Virus record (IMG/VR): IMGVR_UViG_3300022188_000013
Location: 1 to 55,875 of that record
From: a virus
Taxonomy: Duplodnaviria > Caudoviricetes
Strand: one strand, 5' to 3'
Length of the DNA stretch: 55,875 nucleotides
Shown one piece after another: positions 37,701 through 52,700 of this stretch. Under the pieces are notes generated by a model. That model was not told where the DNA came from. It ran no database searches and saw nothing but the letters and a program-made list of their open reading frames with translations. The translations under genes were made by a program, and so were the position numbers. Each line of letters begins with the position of its first letter. Position 1 is the stretch's first letter.

Positions 37701-40700
37701 TTTCAGCATATGATGTAGCTAAAAGTTTAAATAGTATAGAAGTTACTAATGTATACGATACAATTGGGAAGGTACTACAAGGGTCTAAGGGGTTATCTCC
37801 TATAACAACATTAGGTGAGAGTCCACAGTTCGAAAGGTCGGTTCGTGGATTTGAAAAAGCTGTTAGTGAAATTGAGGGGTTGATGCCTCTTTTAGAACAG
37901 AATCGTCCTCGTCGTGGTTTTCATCAAGAGAGTGTGGTTAATTTAATGTCTAGAACTGCTCCTTTTTATAGTTCAAAAGACAGACTTGATCCTGATGCAC
38001 AAAAGAAACTTATTAAAGATCTTAATTTAACTGTTAATGAGACTCTTACTAGAATCAAGCAGACAGACCCAACTAAACTTCCTGGTAATTTACAGAGGCT
38101 TACTAGTTTAGGTATTCCTGAATCACAGGCTGGTAATATAGAGGAGTACAGACAAGGTGGTACTAGCCAGACTAAGTTTTTGAAATCTTTGCAAGCAACA
38201 GGAATTAAATTATATAGCCAAGATTTGACAGCCCAAGCCCCTTTTCAACAGTTCCAACAGGTTGGTAGAAATATTTCTAATATAAGTAATGCCATGGTAG
38301 ATTTGGCAGGATCTGCAGAACTTCCTAAACTACGTTCTACAAAAGAGCGTGCCATTATTGAGAGTGGTAGATATGGTGAAAAGGGTTACGGTTATAACGT
38401 AACGGCAGAGTTACGTAATACTGCAGCTAACTTTGAGGATCAGATTATTATTGCCGGTAAGTTAGCGACTGCACTTACATCCGCTGTAAGTACTTTGGTT
38501 AAACCTAGTGCGACTGGCCGTGTTCGTGGTGCTACTACAGAGGATAGAATTTCTGGTACTGGTGTAACAGAACTCAAAGAACAAGAGATTACTAAGGTTG
38601 CCAGAGAGTATATGAGTATTTTAGGTGTGCCAGAGGAATATAAGGGGCGTGCAGATAAAGTTCTTATCGAGGACGTAAGGAAGACAGTCTCTGTTGTACG
38701 TGGTGAAGATGTAGAGGTACAGCAAGCTAAATTAGCTGAGACGTTTTTGAATTACTTTGGCAGAAAGATAACAACTAGATACGGGTCTAAGGGCGTTAGT
38801 GTTACTCCTACTGGACCTACTGAAAACCTTTCTGATATCATATCTAAATATTCTGGAGCAAAGATAAAGTTAGATCCGTCACAAACACTCGGTGCTGCTT
38901 TTGTACCTAAGACTATGGGTAAATTAGTTTCAGAGTTGTTTGGAGACAAAGTTTCTCAAGAGTTAAAGACCCAACTTATAGCTTCTGGTAATAAATTCAT
39001 TATTGACATATTTCAAAAAACAGGTAAAGGTGCTGTTGTTGCAGCTGATGAAGCTAAGAAGACTGCAGGATTATATAAAGAGTTTACTGCTGCTTGGGAA
39101 GATGTTTTTAGTAGTAAGGCTCCCAGTGTTGGTACTGGAGGAATAGCACAGATCCGGGGTAAATATCAGGATCGTTTTGGAGACAAAGCTCTAAAAGAAG
39201 TTAAACCAATCGATGTACGTATTAGTTCTTATGGTGCAGCTAAACGTGGTCTTCAGACTGAGTTTCTAGAATCTATATTCAGTAATGTAGCTGGTACAGG
39301 TAAAGGAGGCGTTACTACTGTAAAGAAACTTGATAAGCCTGCGTATGAGTGGCTTTTAAAGCACGGTGGTTTATCTAAATATTCATCTGCATTGGGGTTT
39401 AAGGGGTCAGGTAAGATGGAGGCTCAAATAGCTCCAGAGCTTTACAGTAAGTTTACTGGTAAGCCTGCAGACAAGTTTGCAGAAGCATTAGCTTCGGGGG
39501 ATGAAAAAGCTGTACTGGCCAAACGTGCTGCTTCTTTAGAGGCTGCTTCTAGTTTTTACTCTGAGCTGATAGATGAGTTTGGTAATAAACGTACCGGTCT
39601 TATTGGTGAAAAATTTCTACAGATTGTAGAAGAACCTGGTGAAAATCCAGAATGGCAACGAGGTCAGATTGATAGTGGGATGAAGGGGGCAAGGCTTAAT
39701 CTTCCAGCATTCTCAGCGTATGCTACTGTGTTTGGTGAGCAGTCTAATTTTATGAAAGAGTTACAAGGTAGTCTCGATGTTAACGCTAAGAAACATTGGG
39801 AATACATGAAGGCCCTGCAGACTATTCAGGATGAAGATAGTACCGTTTACAAGAATATTACTAAGGGATTGAAAACTGTGGATATTGGTGATCTTAGATC
39901 ATTTGATTCGTCTACTGGTGTTTATGGTAAAAAGCATATTACAGATGAAGCTGGTAATCAAGTAATCAATCAGAGAAGTTTTGATGACACAGTTTTAGAT
40001 CTAAATAAGTTTTCTGAGGCTTTTAAGATTGCAATTCCTACAGGTAAGTATGGTCCGGAAGGAGAGATTAAGAAGCAAGAGTTTTATGTTCCAGGAGCCC
40101 CTGCTAGAGGTACATACCCAGAACCGCTACTTGCAGGTGAAAGGGGCATGGACCAGATTACTCGCCGTTTGTCGCATTTTGTAAATATGGCTAAAGAGTT
40201 GCAGGAAGTTATGGAGGACCCAGATAAGTCTTTAGATGCAAATGATATTAGAAAAAAGATTCCACCAGTTATAGGAACATGGATTGGTGAGTCTTGGGAT
40301 ATAGCTAAATCTAAGGCTCCAGATGCCGAGGAACAATTGAGCGGTATACTTAACAAAATGTTTTCAGCTATGTCTACTACAAGTGCCCCTAGTTCATCAC
40401 TAATTAATACTTCTGGTAGGACAGAACAGCAGTTTGCTCAGGATTTCTATAAAGGTCAAATTAACAAAGTATCTCAGGGGCTCAAGACAAAGCCAGAAGC
40501 AATGGCAACTACTATATCCACTATGGGGGATTTGTTAGTTGGTAAAAAGAAGGGAACCCATGAACAGTTGGCAGCTCCTACAGGATTAACTCGTGCATTA
40601 GATCAGGGTATTGGTGGAGTTTTCGCACAGAAGTTGGGCATAGATGTTGTGCAGGACACTATAGATAAACGTGTATCTGCATTAAATAAAGCTAGAATAG

Positions 40701-43700
40701 ATTATTATAACTCACTTGCTGATGCTGCTACAGGGAAAACTGGAAGTATTAATGAGTTGTTGTTTAGTAGAAAGATTCCTGCTGTCATTGGAAAAGCTGT
40801 TACGGCAGTAGTAGATAAGAGAGATGATATTACAAAGTTTGGTAAAGATTTAGTAACCATAGAGTCTAAATATGGTGTTAATCTTGGTGTATCTGCTGAT
40901 AGTTTAGCAGATATTTCTAAGAAACATTCAGAGGCAGTTGTAAATTACCAGAAAATAGGTGTGCCAGTTTTAAAAGAAACAGAACTTGGAGTACCTACTA
41001 CTTTTGCCAAGAAGATACCTTTAGATTTTGTTAAGAAGTTTGTTGACACAAAGGATCCAATTATGGGGGTTAAGGAACAGAAGCCTGAAGCTGTTTCTGG
41101 TACACTGTACGATCTTCTTAAACATATAGAACAGATTAGAGAAGGGGCTAAAAAAGAGTCTCCTGGAATGCAGGATGTTCTTTCTAAGTATATAGACGAT
41201 GAGCTTGTGCCGTATGTAGAGAGTATTCGTTACCCGTTTACAGGTACTTCATCCATAGTTCCGTTTAAACCTAAGTTACTGGAAGAAAAAGATTATCAGA
41301 CAACCGAAGGTACTAAGCTCGCTAGAAATGTTCTAGTAGCCCCAGGTGTACCTGAAGGTTTGGATGAATTGTCGCCTATTTTAAGTAATTTACAAGAACG
41401 GCTCAAAGATGAAATTTCTAACAGAGAGAAGTTACAGAAAGCTGGGGTTCCTCAGGAGGAGATAGAAAGAGCTACAGGGCTTATTAGAGATCTTAGTGCT
41501 GCTATAGCAGAAGTTATTCCTAAGTACACTTCTCAAGCACAGAAACTTGATTTTGACGGTGATCAGATAGAGCTTCATTCAGCAAGAACAGTATCTGCTA
41601 GAAAAGATATAGAATCTCATTTTAAAAGATTTCACACAAGGGATAGTTCTAAAGATCCTTATACTGCTGACGTGTTTAGAACACAATTTTTATCAGAAGC
41701 TCCAGTTGCATCTACAGGACAGTACGTACTTGGTGAATCTTCAGCAGCGTTTGAGAAAAAATTTCCAGCTGGTAAAGGATTTGATTTTCTCCAAAGTCCG
41801 TTCTTAACAAAAGAACTTGAATACTTATCTTCAGGGGAAGCCCTTAATGTACTTAAGGATAACCCAAATATAGGTAATGTAGAGAACGTTATTAAGGATG
41901 TTCTAGTAACACAAAATAAACCTATTGATCAGATTGCGTCCGTAATGGAAACGATAGGTAATGTAGATACATCAGACGCAGACAAAGCTACTCAAAATAT
42001 AATGGAGGCTATCGGTGCCCATCATGCAGATCTAATGACTGTTATTGAGAAGGGTATTAAAAAGAGGTTGTATGAGGAAAAACTTGGAGACGCCATTGAA
42101 GCCCAGTTGTTTAAGGTACATACTGGCCCTGAAGTTGAGTCTTTATATAGAGTTCAAAGGCTTGCAGAGTCGTCTGTAGGTTTTGGAGGCGGTGAAATTG
42201 CAGGACGCCCAGATAAGAGTTCTAAGTATTTTCAAAGTCGTTTTCCTTCTAGTTTGAAGTCTATGGGGGGTCGCCCAGAAGAAGAATTTAATACAATGAT
42301 GAATGAGGTGGTTCGTTTCGGTATTCAGAAAGGTATGGACGTTAAACATGCAGGAGAAAAACCAGTAGCTGGTGAGATGGTTGGTTATCTTACTAGAGGC
42401 GTTAAGGGGGCTACAGAGCTGTGGTCAAGAGTACAAGATGAAAATGATAAAACTTTTGGTGATTTAAGAGATTTTGCTGGGGCTAACGAATCCGCGGTAA
42501 AAATGAGGCTAGGTGCTTTATCCACATCTGACATTATGTCAGAAGCCAAGAAGGTTATAGACTCTCGTGGTGAAAAAATGGATGTGTCTGGTATGGATAG
42601 GGAAGCTTTAATTCAACTAATGGTAGATAAGATAGGTTTCAAGGGGTTTCTTGAGGAGCTTTCTAGATTAATAAAAAAAGAAGCTATTGATGGGTTGATA
42701 GCACAGGCGGAGACTTGGTCGTCAGCTAAGAAGAAAGATCCTGGAGGAGGTTTACCTGAGGTTAAAGATAGTATAAAAGACTGGGCAAATCAAGCTGTCC
42801 AACAGCAGATGGAACGTGGAGGTATTAATATTCGTCAGGATATTACAGAAGGGAAGCAGCCTTTGTATGGTATGCGTACGTTTTTTTCGTCACCAACAGC
42901 TGAGTATGACAAATACAGAGGTAAGTTTGGCGATTTACAAGTACCTGAAGGTGAATTAGAAGGTTTGTCTGAGAAGGATACTAAATCTTACAAATTTAAA
43001 TATAGAAAAGCAGCGGCTACTGCTTCTAATATTAAACAAGAACTAAGGTCTTTTGCTGGGAGTAAGCAGGGCGGGGCTTACGCTGATATGATTAGAGGTG
43101 CTGTTGACGCATTGTATAGCCAACAAGAAGAAGTTGAAAAATATATAACTGCTTTAATGAAAGAAGGTTACAACTCAGAGGCTTCTAAAGGTGTTGCTAT
43201 AGCAGAGCGTACATTGTCTAGAAGCGGTGTTTCTGATTTTGCTAACTCAGTTCTTAATATGAGAACTGGTATGAAAGATGAGGTCTCTAGGCTTTCTGAC
43301 CTTGCAGGAGTTCCTGGATTAAGTAATACTGAGATGTTTGGTATTCGTCGTGAATCTTCAGAGAAATTTGCAGATATTAAACACAGTGAACTTAAAGATA
43401 CAGGAATGTCTGAAGAGGAGGTTAACTCTTCTGTTAAGGATTATGTAGACAGAATGGTAGATAAAGCACAAGCACTTGCACAATTAGACAGAGTAATTGA
43501 CTCTCTAGTGTCTAAAAAGTTTGAGGGAAGAGTGTTGCAAGATTTATTACCAAGACCAGATAAGGTAAGCCAATATAGTACTTATGATAAGACCCGTGGT
43601 GAGGCTTTTACTGCTGCTAGGGAAAAGATGAAGTTTAAGAATGGACGAGCCAGATTAACACAGCCGGCTGCTATGGCTTTTGGTAAAGAAGGAGGCCCTG

Positions 43701-46700
43701 CAAGTGCTAGTATGATGGGTGGTGCAGGTGGTGTTGTACCAGTCCATCTCGTAGGTACAGATCCAGGAGTTACACTTAATGTTAAGGGGCTTGAAGGGTT
43801 GGGTTTAGTAGAAAGAGTTCCTACATCTGTTGATAGAGTTGCAGAAATGGACATCGAACTTCAACAGTTTGCTAAAGATACTAAAGAGTTGGGTGATATA
43901 CTTAAAAAAACTAAGCCTCCAAGAACTGGTGGTAGGTCTACTAGTTATGAGGATTTTTATTCTCCAAGTAAATTTGCTGGTGGTGGTTTTGCTTATAGTG
44001 GAGGAGCAAAAGAGTTTACTGAGGAGGGGCGTCTAAAAGAGCAGGTCGAACGTATAGCTAGAGATATGATTTCAAGAGAGCCATTAGCTCCAGCATCGCA
44101 AGCCTTAGCTGACTGGGGTTCTGCTATTCATGCTAAGTTTGAAAAGTCTTTAGAAAAGCAGGGTAATGTGGAGGTTGAAAAGTACGGTGAGTTTGTAGAC
44201 GGTGTTGGTGGTGTTATTGGTGGATTCGCTGACATTGTTGAGTACGAAGGTACCGAAAAGAAAAAGGTAACCACTGTGGCCGATATTAAAACCGTAGGTG
44301 TTGATAAATTTGAAAAGATTCAATCTGCAGTAAAGAAAGCAGGTTCTACTGATTTTACTGAAGTATCTAAACAGTTGGATGATCGCACAGCTTTGCAGTT
44401 GGAAGATAATTTTAGTCAGCTTAATGCTTACTTAAAAATATTCGATGAAACTGCTAAAGCTGAAATTAGATTCTATGATAGAGAGGGTCGTGGTGAGAAC
44501 ATAGAGGATTACACTGCAGTATCTTTTGGATTTGATCCAGAAAGATTCCAGAAAGATATGCAGGCTTTAGCTAGTGCTAGAACTATAGTTAAACAAGCAG
44601 GAGGCAAGAAGTTCTTACGTACTAACGTAAGAAATCAAGCAGGAGCTGCTAAGCCTGAAGGAGCTTCAACTGAAGAACTTGATAGGGCTATGGAGTTAGC
44701 GAAACAAGCATATGAAAGAGAGCGTGGTGGTGGCGGTATTCGTGCTATGGCGTCTGGTATAGGAGCTAGCAAACGCGGTAAAGAGTACGAAAAGGCTAGA
44801 AAGGGTACGAAGGCTGCTGCCGAGCAAATGTCGAGAAAGGAAATGTATAAGAATCTTACTCCAAGTGAGTTAGATAAATATCTTGTACCACCTCAAGCAG
44901 TAGAGGGAGAAACTGCTGAGGCTTTTTTGACAAACCTTAAGTTATTACACGATCAGTCAAAATTGTATCAAAAGTCTAAGGGTTTAAGTATTGATACTAC
45001 TGACAAAATGCCGAAGCAGATCAAAGAATCTATTGAGTCCGTTAAAGATTCTGGACCAGATTACCAGTCTTTTATAGACCTTACTGGTAAATTAAAAGAA
45101 ATGGATCGTCCAGATTTTACCGGTATGGATATGATTAATGTTTGGAAGCTTTATAGAATAGCTGTTGGTGATTGGTTATTTAAGAGAGCTGATGATGCTT
45201 ATGAAGAGATGCAGGCACTTGAGGCTGCTGGAGATGTTAGGGGATCTAATCAGAAGTATGGTGATTTTACTAATAGGGTGTCTAGAGCCCAAGAGTTTGT
45301 AAGACGTAGTGTTGGGAAGCGTACTGATATTTATACCGATGACAAGAGATTTGTGTATCCTTCACTAGCTAAAAAGGCTGGTGTTTATATGAGTCCGTCT
45401 CAGGTCATGAAGAAGGCTGGAGAGCCGTTAGGTGACGATCCTAAGCTGATAGAAAGTTTTAGGGGTGTTGTACAGGGTATAAAAAGTGAGACAGGAAAAA
45501 CGCCTCCTGTGGAAGCTGCTAGAGCTATTTTTGGTGATCTATCAAATATGAACAAGGATTTTGCTAAGATTCTTTCAGACGGTGAAAAATTTAAACGTTT
45601 AGGTCCAGAGATATTAGACGCTTGGGATTTTGATAAACTTACCGCAAGAACAACAAGATTAAGAGCTGCCCTACAAGAGATCCTTAGAGATAATAAGGAG
45701 ATGGATGCTGAGCAAAGGAAGAATGTTGAAAACATAGTCAAGTATCTTAAGAAGGTAGAGGGTATGTATTCACATATGAATTTAGGGGGTGAACAGACTG
45801 GTTACGGACAGACAGGTATTGTGCCAGTACCTAAATTTGAGACTCCTGCTAATCAGAGAGCCTTACATGCTAGAAATATTCAATCAACAAGGGAATATTT
45901 CAGACGTCCTTCTGAGGAAGGCGGTCCTGACATTGGTGAGCGTTTTAGTTATAGTGAAAAAATAGTTGGTCAGGCAGGCGAAACTATAAAAAATGTTACC
46001 CATCATTTTAGTAAATACGGTGAAGAGCTTTTAGCTTCAGGCCAAAAAGTAGGACAGTTTTCAGAGTCACAACAGGACATAATTGAGAAGATGCAAAAAG
46101 TTAATGCTACATTTAGTAACGCGGTAAGACGTGTTACTTTGTGGGGAGCAGCTTCTCGTTTAGTATATGGTAGTGTGTCTAACCTTAAATCATCTTTAGA
46201 CGAACTTACAAACATCGAGATGGGTGTAGCAAGTTTGAGAATGGTTATGAGCCCTCTTGAAACAGATTTCCAGAAAATGACTAAATCTGCTTCTGGACTT
46301 GCTAAGCAATACGGTGTTCCTGTAACTGATGTGTTGAAATCAATGAAGGTTTTTGCACAGCAAGGTTTGAAACAGGGCGATGTAATTAGTAGAACTAAAA
46401 CAGCTACGCTGGCTTCTAACGTTACTACCTTAAATTCTAAGGAAGCTACCGAAGCTTTAACAGCTGCTATGAGGGTCTTCCGTGAGGAGGGTTCACAATC
46501 ACTGAGATTCTTGGATGCTTGGAGTGAGGTTGAGGCTAAGCACGCTATTACAGCAGATGATATGGCTAATGCTATTAAAAAATCAGCTGCTGCTGCTAAG
46601 AGTGCTGGTGTTAATTTTGACCAATTGAATGGTATGGTTGCAGCTGTTGGTGCTGTAACTAGGCAGACTGGTAAGGAAGTTGGTACGTCTTTTAGGTTTA

Positions 46701-49700
46701 TTTTTAGAAGGTTGTTTGCTGAAGAAGGTCCTAAAACACTTGCTAAACTAAAGATTCCAACTTTAACGCCTGAAGGTGAGTTAAGGGGGGCTTTTGATGT
46801 ATTAGGTGATTTGGCAGGTCAGTGGGATGATTTAACATCAGCCCAGAGAATGAATGTTGCACAATCAATTGGTGGTACTAGACAGTACAATAGTGTACTA
46901 GTTTTAATGGATCAGTGGGATGAAGTTCTTAGAGGAATTAGAAATAGTACTAATTCTAAAGGGTCTGCTGAGAGACGTAATGCTGAAATCATGAAAACTT
47001 ACGGCAAACAGCTTGAGAGGACAAAAGCTGCTGCCACTGAGTTTAAGATGGAAATAGGTAATATAGTTTTACCGACATTCACAGCTGGTGCTAAGTCACT
47101 AACGTTTTTATTTGAAGCTTTGACTGCAATACCAACACCGATTAAGGCTGCTTCTGCAGCACTAGCTGCGTTTTTTACATTCGGTGCTAAAGGTATCAAT
47201 TTATTTGATTCTATTGGTAGCGGTGTAGAGAAGGGGGCTAGTCTTTTTAGTAATTTCGGAAATGAATTCTCGAAGAGCATGAAGATTGCAAAGTATGAAA
47301 TATTAGGTAAAGCTGACGCTACTACTAATATATTTGGTCTTAAAACTTTAACACCTACTGCTACTAAGACTGCTAATGCTGTAAAACAAAAAGGGTTCCC
47401 TCTTACTGAGCAGGGTGAGAAAATGTCAGATTTTCATTCGTCTATAGGTAAGACGATGTCTTTACTACAGGGTTGGGGTAGGGGCTATAATGAAATGATT
47501 GGTGGAATGATAGTCGGTACTGGTGCTCTTACAGAAAAGGTTGGGGAAGGTGCACAAGATGTTGGTGCTTTTTTAAGCCTTGCTGCTGGAGGAGCAGATA
47601 ATGTCGGACTTGAGGGGTTGAAGGACGTACTTCAAGGCGGTGCAGCAAGAAAAGGGCTTAGTGCTGTAGCGATAAAATCAGTTTTGAAAGGTCAAGGTGT
47701 TATGAAGGGTGGTGCAAAGCTTTTGGTTAGATTCGCTGCACTAGCCTCAGAAATAGTTGGATCAGCTACATACTTAACTGGACAGGCCGTGGACGCTGTT
47801 GGGGAGCAGGTAGGTGCCGGTGGACATAAAATTTTAAAAGATTTTACTACACAGAATACTGGTTTTGTTAAATCAGTTGCACCATTAGCGTTAACTGTTG
47901 CTGCTATGGTTCCAGCTATTAAGGCAGCTTCAGAATATTTTGGAAAAATGACAAATAGTGCACAAGGTTTTGAAAAAATCATGGACGGGGCTCGCCGTAA
48001 GAATGAATCTCAACTTAAATCAGTTAGAGATATGGTACAAGAATATGAGGCCCTATCAGGCCAAGTTAAAAATGTAGAAAAGGTTAGAGACCCAGAAGTT
48101 AAGGCCAGAAGGCAGGAATTGGGTACTTACGAGTCGCCCCTAACCACATTACAGAAGGTACAAGGTAGGGCCGTTGATCTTACAAACCAGATAGCAGACT
48201 CTAATCAAAACTTAGTAGTTGGTTATGATGATCTCGGTAATGCTGTTCTTAAGACTGGTAAGAATTTTAAATCTTATCTAAAAGATATAGAGAATTTAGA
48301 TGTACAAGCTGGTGTAGCTACAGAGTTGGAAATACTTGGTAAGTACTTAGATGATTTGTCTAGTGGAAATAAAACTGAAAAGGTAAAGATGGCTTTTAAA
48401 GAATTAGCTGCGGCTTTTCCAGTAATAGGGGATTTGGTAGGTAGACATATTAAAGTTAGTCCTGCACAGCAATTAGAGGTAGCAGCTACAGATCTTAATA
48501 AGAGATTAAATTTAAAACAAAAATATCCTCTATCAACTGCTGGGGATGCTGATATTAAGAGGTTACAGGGAGTTCTTGGTAAAGCACGTGATGCATATAA
48601 AGACACGTTTTCTGATATGACAAGGGTGTATAGTACTGTTCTTTCTCGTGCAAATCTAAGGGGGCTTAATAAAGGACAGATAGAAGAAGTAGTTGGTTCT
48701 CCTGAGCTTAGAAAAGCTTACGAGATGCAGATAAAAATAGATCCAAGATTTAAATTAGTTGAAGGAGTTAAGTGGCAAGATATAATGGGTAAAGAGCTTA
48801 TTACTGCCCTTAACCCATCTACTGCAGGAAGTTTAGACGTTGTATCTGAGTTTACAAAAGCAAATTTAGAATCGGCCGGTGTAAAACCACGTTCCGGAAA
48901 AGCTGCTTCTGGTGATATAGTTATGTTTCATAAAGATATGGCTGATAAATATAATATAGCAGGTGCTCAGGCTATAGTAAAATTGAAAGATACTGATGAG
49001 TGGGTAATAGAATATTTCAATACAAGAACTTTAAAGTTAGAAGAGCGTTCGTTGTCAGATGTTGATAATATGGTGGAGAGTATTTTTCCATTACAGAAGG
49101 TAAAAGAAGATATAGCTTACCGAATGGACGCATTGAATACGTTTGTTGCTGGAGCTTCTGCTGGGTTGACTGGGTTATCTAAGAAAGATTTTAAACGGGA
49201 TTTTAATTTAGGCGAACGTTTTTTTGGTGAAATCCCCACTACTACACTTCTTCAGGGCAATAAAGGGTTTCTTCCTGGGTCAGGTTATGGTGAGCTCGAA
49301 GGAATGAAGGATTTTAAGGGTGATATTGAAAATTATTTTTTCAAACCAATGGGGGAGTTGCGTAATAAGACCGAACAATTCAAGAAGTTACAGTTAGAGG
49401 GTTTAGATGTTAGTGATACTGCTATATCTAAAGGTTTTTACGATGAAATTAATAAACTTTTGGATGTTCTTAAGAATAATCAAGTTGTATTACAATTCAG
49501 AGCAGTTTTTGTTGATCTCATGAAAGAGATGTCTACAGGACAGCGTGTACTTAGAGAAGAGCTAGCTATTATGAGACGTCGTGCAGATATCAATGTTACC
49601 CCAGGGGGGCTTACTCGTGGTATGCCTATAGGTTTAGAAAATATAGATCTTGGTATTAGAGATGTGAGAGATGTAACCGCAAGACAGAGCTTATTAACTA

Positions 49701-52700
49701 GAGATCCTAATTCTAGAAAACAGGCAACTCAATTAAGAGCTTTTGAAATAACAACTCAAAGTAATATGGATATGATAGACAAACTTGAGCGTGCTATTGT
49801 TCATATCGATGATATATCTTCCGTGGCAGGGGGATTTGGGGCAAGTATGTCTACAGAACAACTACAGAACTATGTTGAAAAGGTGGTCCCTGAAAGAGGG
49901 GAAGGTCCATTCTATGAGTTGACACAGATAGATAAGGGGATAGAACAGAATACCTCTAATACAGTGGATAAACTAGATAAGATATTAGAAAATCTAGGAG
50001 ATCCAGAAGCTGTTGAGAAGAGTTTAACTAGTATATTTGATAATTTAGGGGCTGGTTTAGGTGTAGGTGTGAGTGGAAATGCACTGAAGACAGTAAACGC
50101 GTTAGAGCGTGTTTCTAGAGTTAGAAAAAAGGCAGAGGGTAGAGGTGATCAAGACACTGTAATATCTTCAAATAAAGCATTAGATATATTGTCTAAGCAG
50201 CTTATAGCTCAAGTAGGTTACAAGAAGGGTATGGAGATGGTAAGTAGTAATACTACTCTCTTTTCTAAACGGTTTACTGGTAGGGAATTTCAACAAAGAG
50301 CATTTTCAGGTGTGGATTCTAAGGTGTTTTTGGACAGACTAAAGAAGTATGGTCCAGAAAAGAAAGGTTTTCTTGGGATAGGTAGTCGTCCTCCTATGGA
50401 GGAAAGTAAAGCTTTTAAAAATTTTGAGAAGGCTCAGCAGGCTACCGTAAAACAGACAACTTTTTCTAGCAAGAACTTAGCTAGAGTTGGGGCTGTTACT
50501 GCAGCACTTTCCAAGATTCAACAGTCTGGAAATAAAAATATAATTAGTAAGATAGACGAACAAATATCAATTATAGATCAACAGGTTACAGATAAAAGAC
50601 AAGCTGGTGCTGGTGCTGATGAGTTAACTGGGTTAATAAAGAAACGCGAATCTTTAACTCTTAAAAGAGATGAAAAACGTGGTGAGGCTGATTTTTATGG
50701 CACTGTTGCGGCAATCAGTGCCACAGGTTTTGCAGCTGTAGAGCTATCAAAAGCGTTTGGTTTAACCGAAAAACAAATTAATGCCTTAGGTGTAGGTGCT
50801 GCTGGTACTTACGCAGCAATGGTAATAGCCTCTAAGGTTACTGGTGAACAATTACCAGATAGTGCTAAGAAGTTCGGTGAAGAAATTAAGCGGCTAGGTA
50901 AGAAGACAATTCAAGGTGAGAAGCCTGGTTTACGTGATGCTAAAATGCTTAAAAATGCAGGTAAGGAGATGTCTAGAGACTTTGTCGACAGAACTAAAAA
51001 AGTGTTTGGTAAAAGTGCCAAAGATATAGGAACAGCTGCTACAAAAGTAGATTCAGAAGAGTTAATAAAGAAATTGGATGCTAGTTTGGGTCGTCGGGCT
51101 AAATCCATGAAAGATTACACTTCTCTGGGTCCAGATTTTGCTAAGTACGCCGCTATGATGAGAAGTCAAACTAAAGAAAAGTCTGGTCTTTTGGAGGATG
51201 GTAAAGCAACAGATTCAGCGGTTTACAAGGATCTTACAACGCGTCAGAATGCTGAGACTGCCAAGTTTTTACGTGGTTTAGGAAGAGAAGATAAACGCGA
51301 TGTTTTGTCTAAATACCCTGTTACAGGTAAAGACGACTTGCATAAGTATGTGGCTGAGTCTTTTGGCCCAGAGTTAGAAAAAACTGGTGAGTATATGGTA
51401 CGTGGTTTAGAGAAAGCAGAAGCACCATCTAAACTGAAACAGGCTATAGTGGCTTATTTGGCAGTCGGGTTGTCTGATTATATGTCTAATAAAACTGCAG
51501 ATAAGACTGCATTGGCAGAGACAGAAAAGATTATGAAGCGTCAGTCAGAAGCATTAGCTGAGCTCATTAGGAAATACCCAGATGCAGCTGAGATGGCTTT
51601 AACTGATTTACAGAAAGAAGTAGGTACTGCTGTAGCTGAGGTATCCGATATTACTACTATTGACAAGTCTATGGTGCAGGATACCAAAAAAGCTAAAGAG
51701 TCTATTAAACGCCAGATAGCTGAAATTAGAGATACATATATAGAAGAACAAAAGAAAGCTCTTGATGAGCAAAGGAAAGTTCAGAATAAGTTTGCAGATA
51801 GAGAGTCTAGAGAAAGTTTAAAGATTAAACAAGAAACAGCAGCTCGTGACAGAAGGGGTCAAATAGATTCGTTTAACATAAGCCGTCGTTTCTCCCCAAC
51901 TAACTTACTAAATAAACAATTACAAGGTTTTTCGGGGGAAGTGGAGCTTCCTATAGCTGAAGATCAGATGTCTACCCAGCAAAGGGTATATAATGACTCC
52001 GGTAAGAGCTTTAAAGGTGTTATAGATAGTTTTTCTGCCGGTGTGCAACAATTAGAAAGTATGCGTAATAATTTAGAAATGTTAAAACAGGCGGCGAGGG
52101 TTGAGGAAGATTTAGTAGATACTACTGACGATGATGATGTAAAAAGAAGGGCTAAAGAACGTCACAAAGATCTTAATGACACTATGACAGACCAGATTGG
52201 TGTGATAGGTAAGTTTGCCGAAAAACTTAGGGAGTTTGGTAAGTTAAAGGGATTGTTTGATCAGTTTGCTAGCTCTATGCACCGTCTAAAAGACTCTCTC
52301 AAGGAGATTGGTGTTCAAGAAGCTGTAGAAAATATACCAGGTATGCAGCAGTATAAAGGCCGCATGAACAAGTTATTGGGCGGGACAGATCCAGATGCTG
52401 TTGTTCCAGTGTCTACTGAAGAGTCTCGTATGAGTAGTAGAGTAGGTATGGATTTACAGCATATGTTGTCAACTAAATATGAAGTGATGAGGGCACAGTT
52501 ACTTGATCAGTTAAGAACTGCTTCACCAGACGAAGCTAGTAAACTTAGAAGACAGCTTTCTGATTTACCAGAGCAACGTGTAAGAGATATACAGGCGTTT
52601 AAACAACGTGAGGAAGATGACAAGTTACGAAGAGGATTACAACCTTATGAGAAACAGGTCACAGAGCTTGGACGTGTTAAAGCGTCTCCTTTTATAAGTG

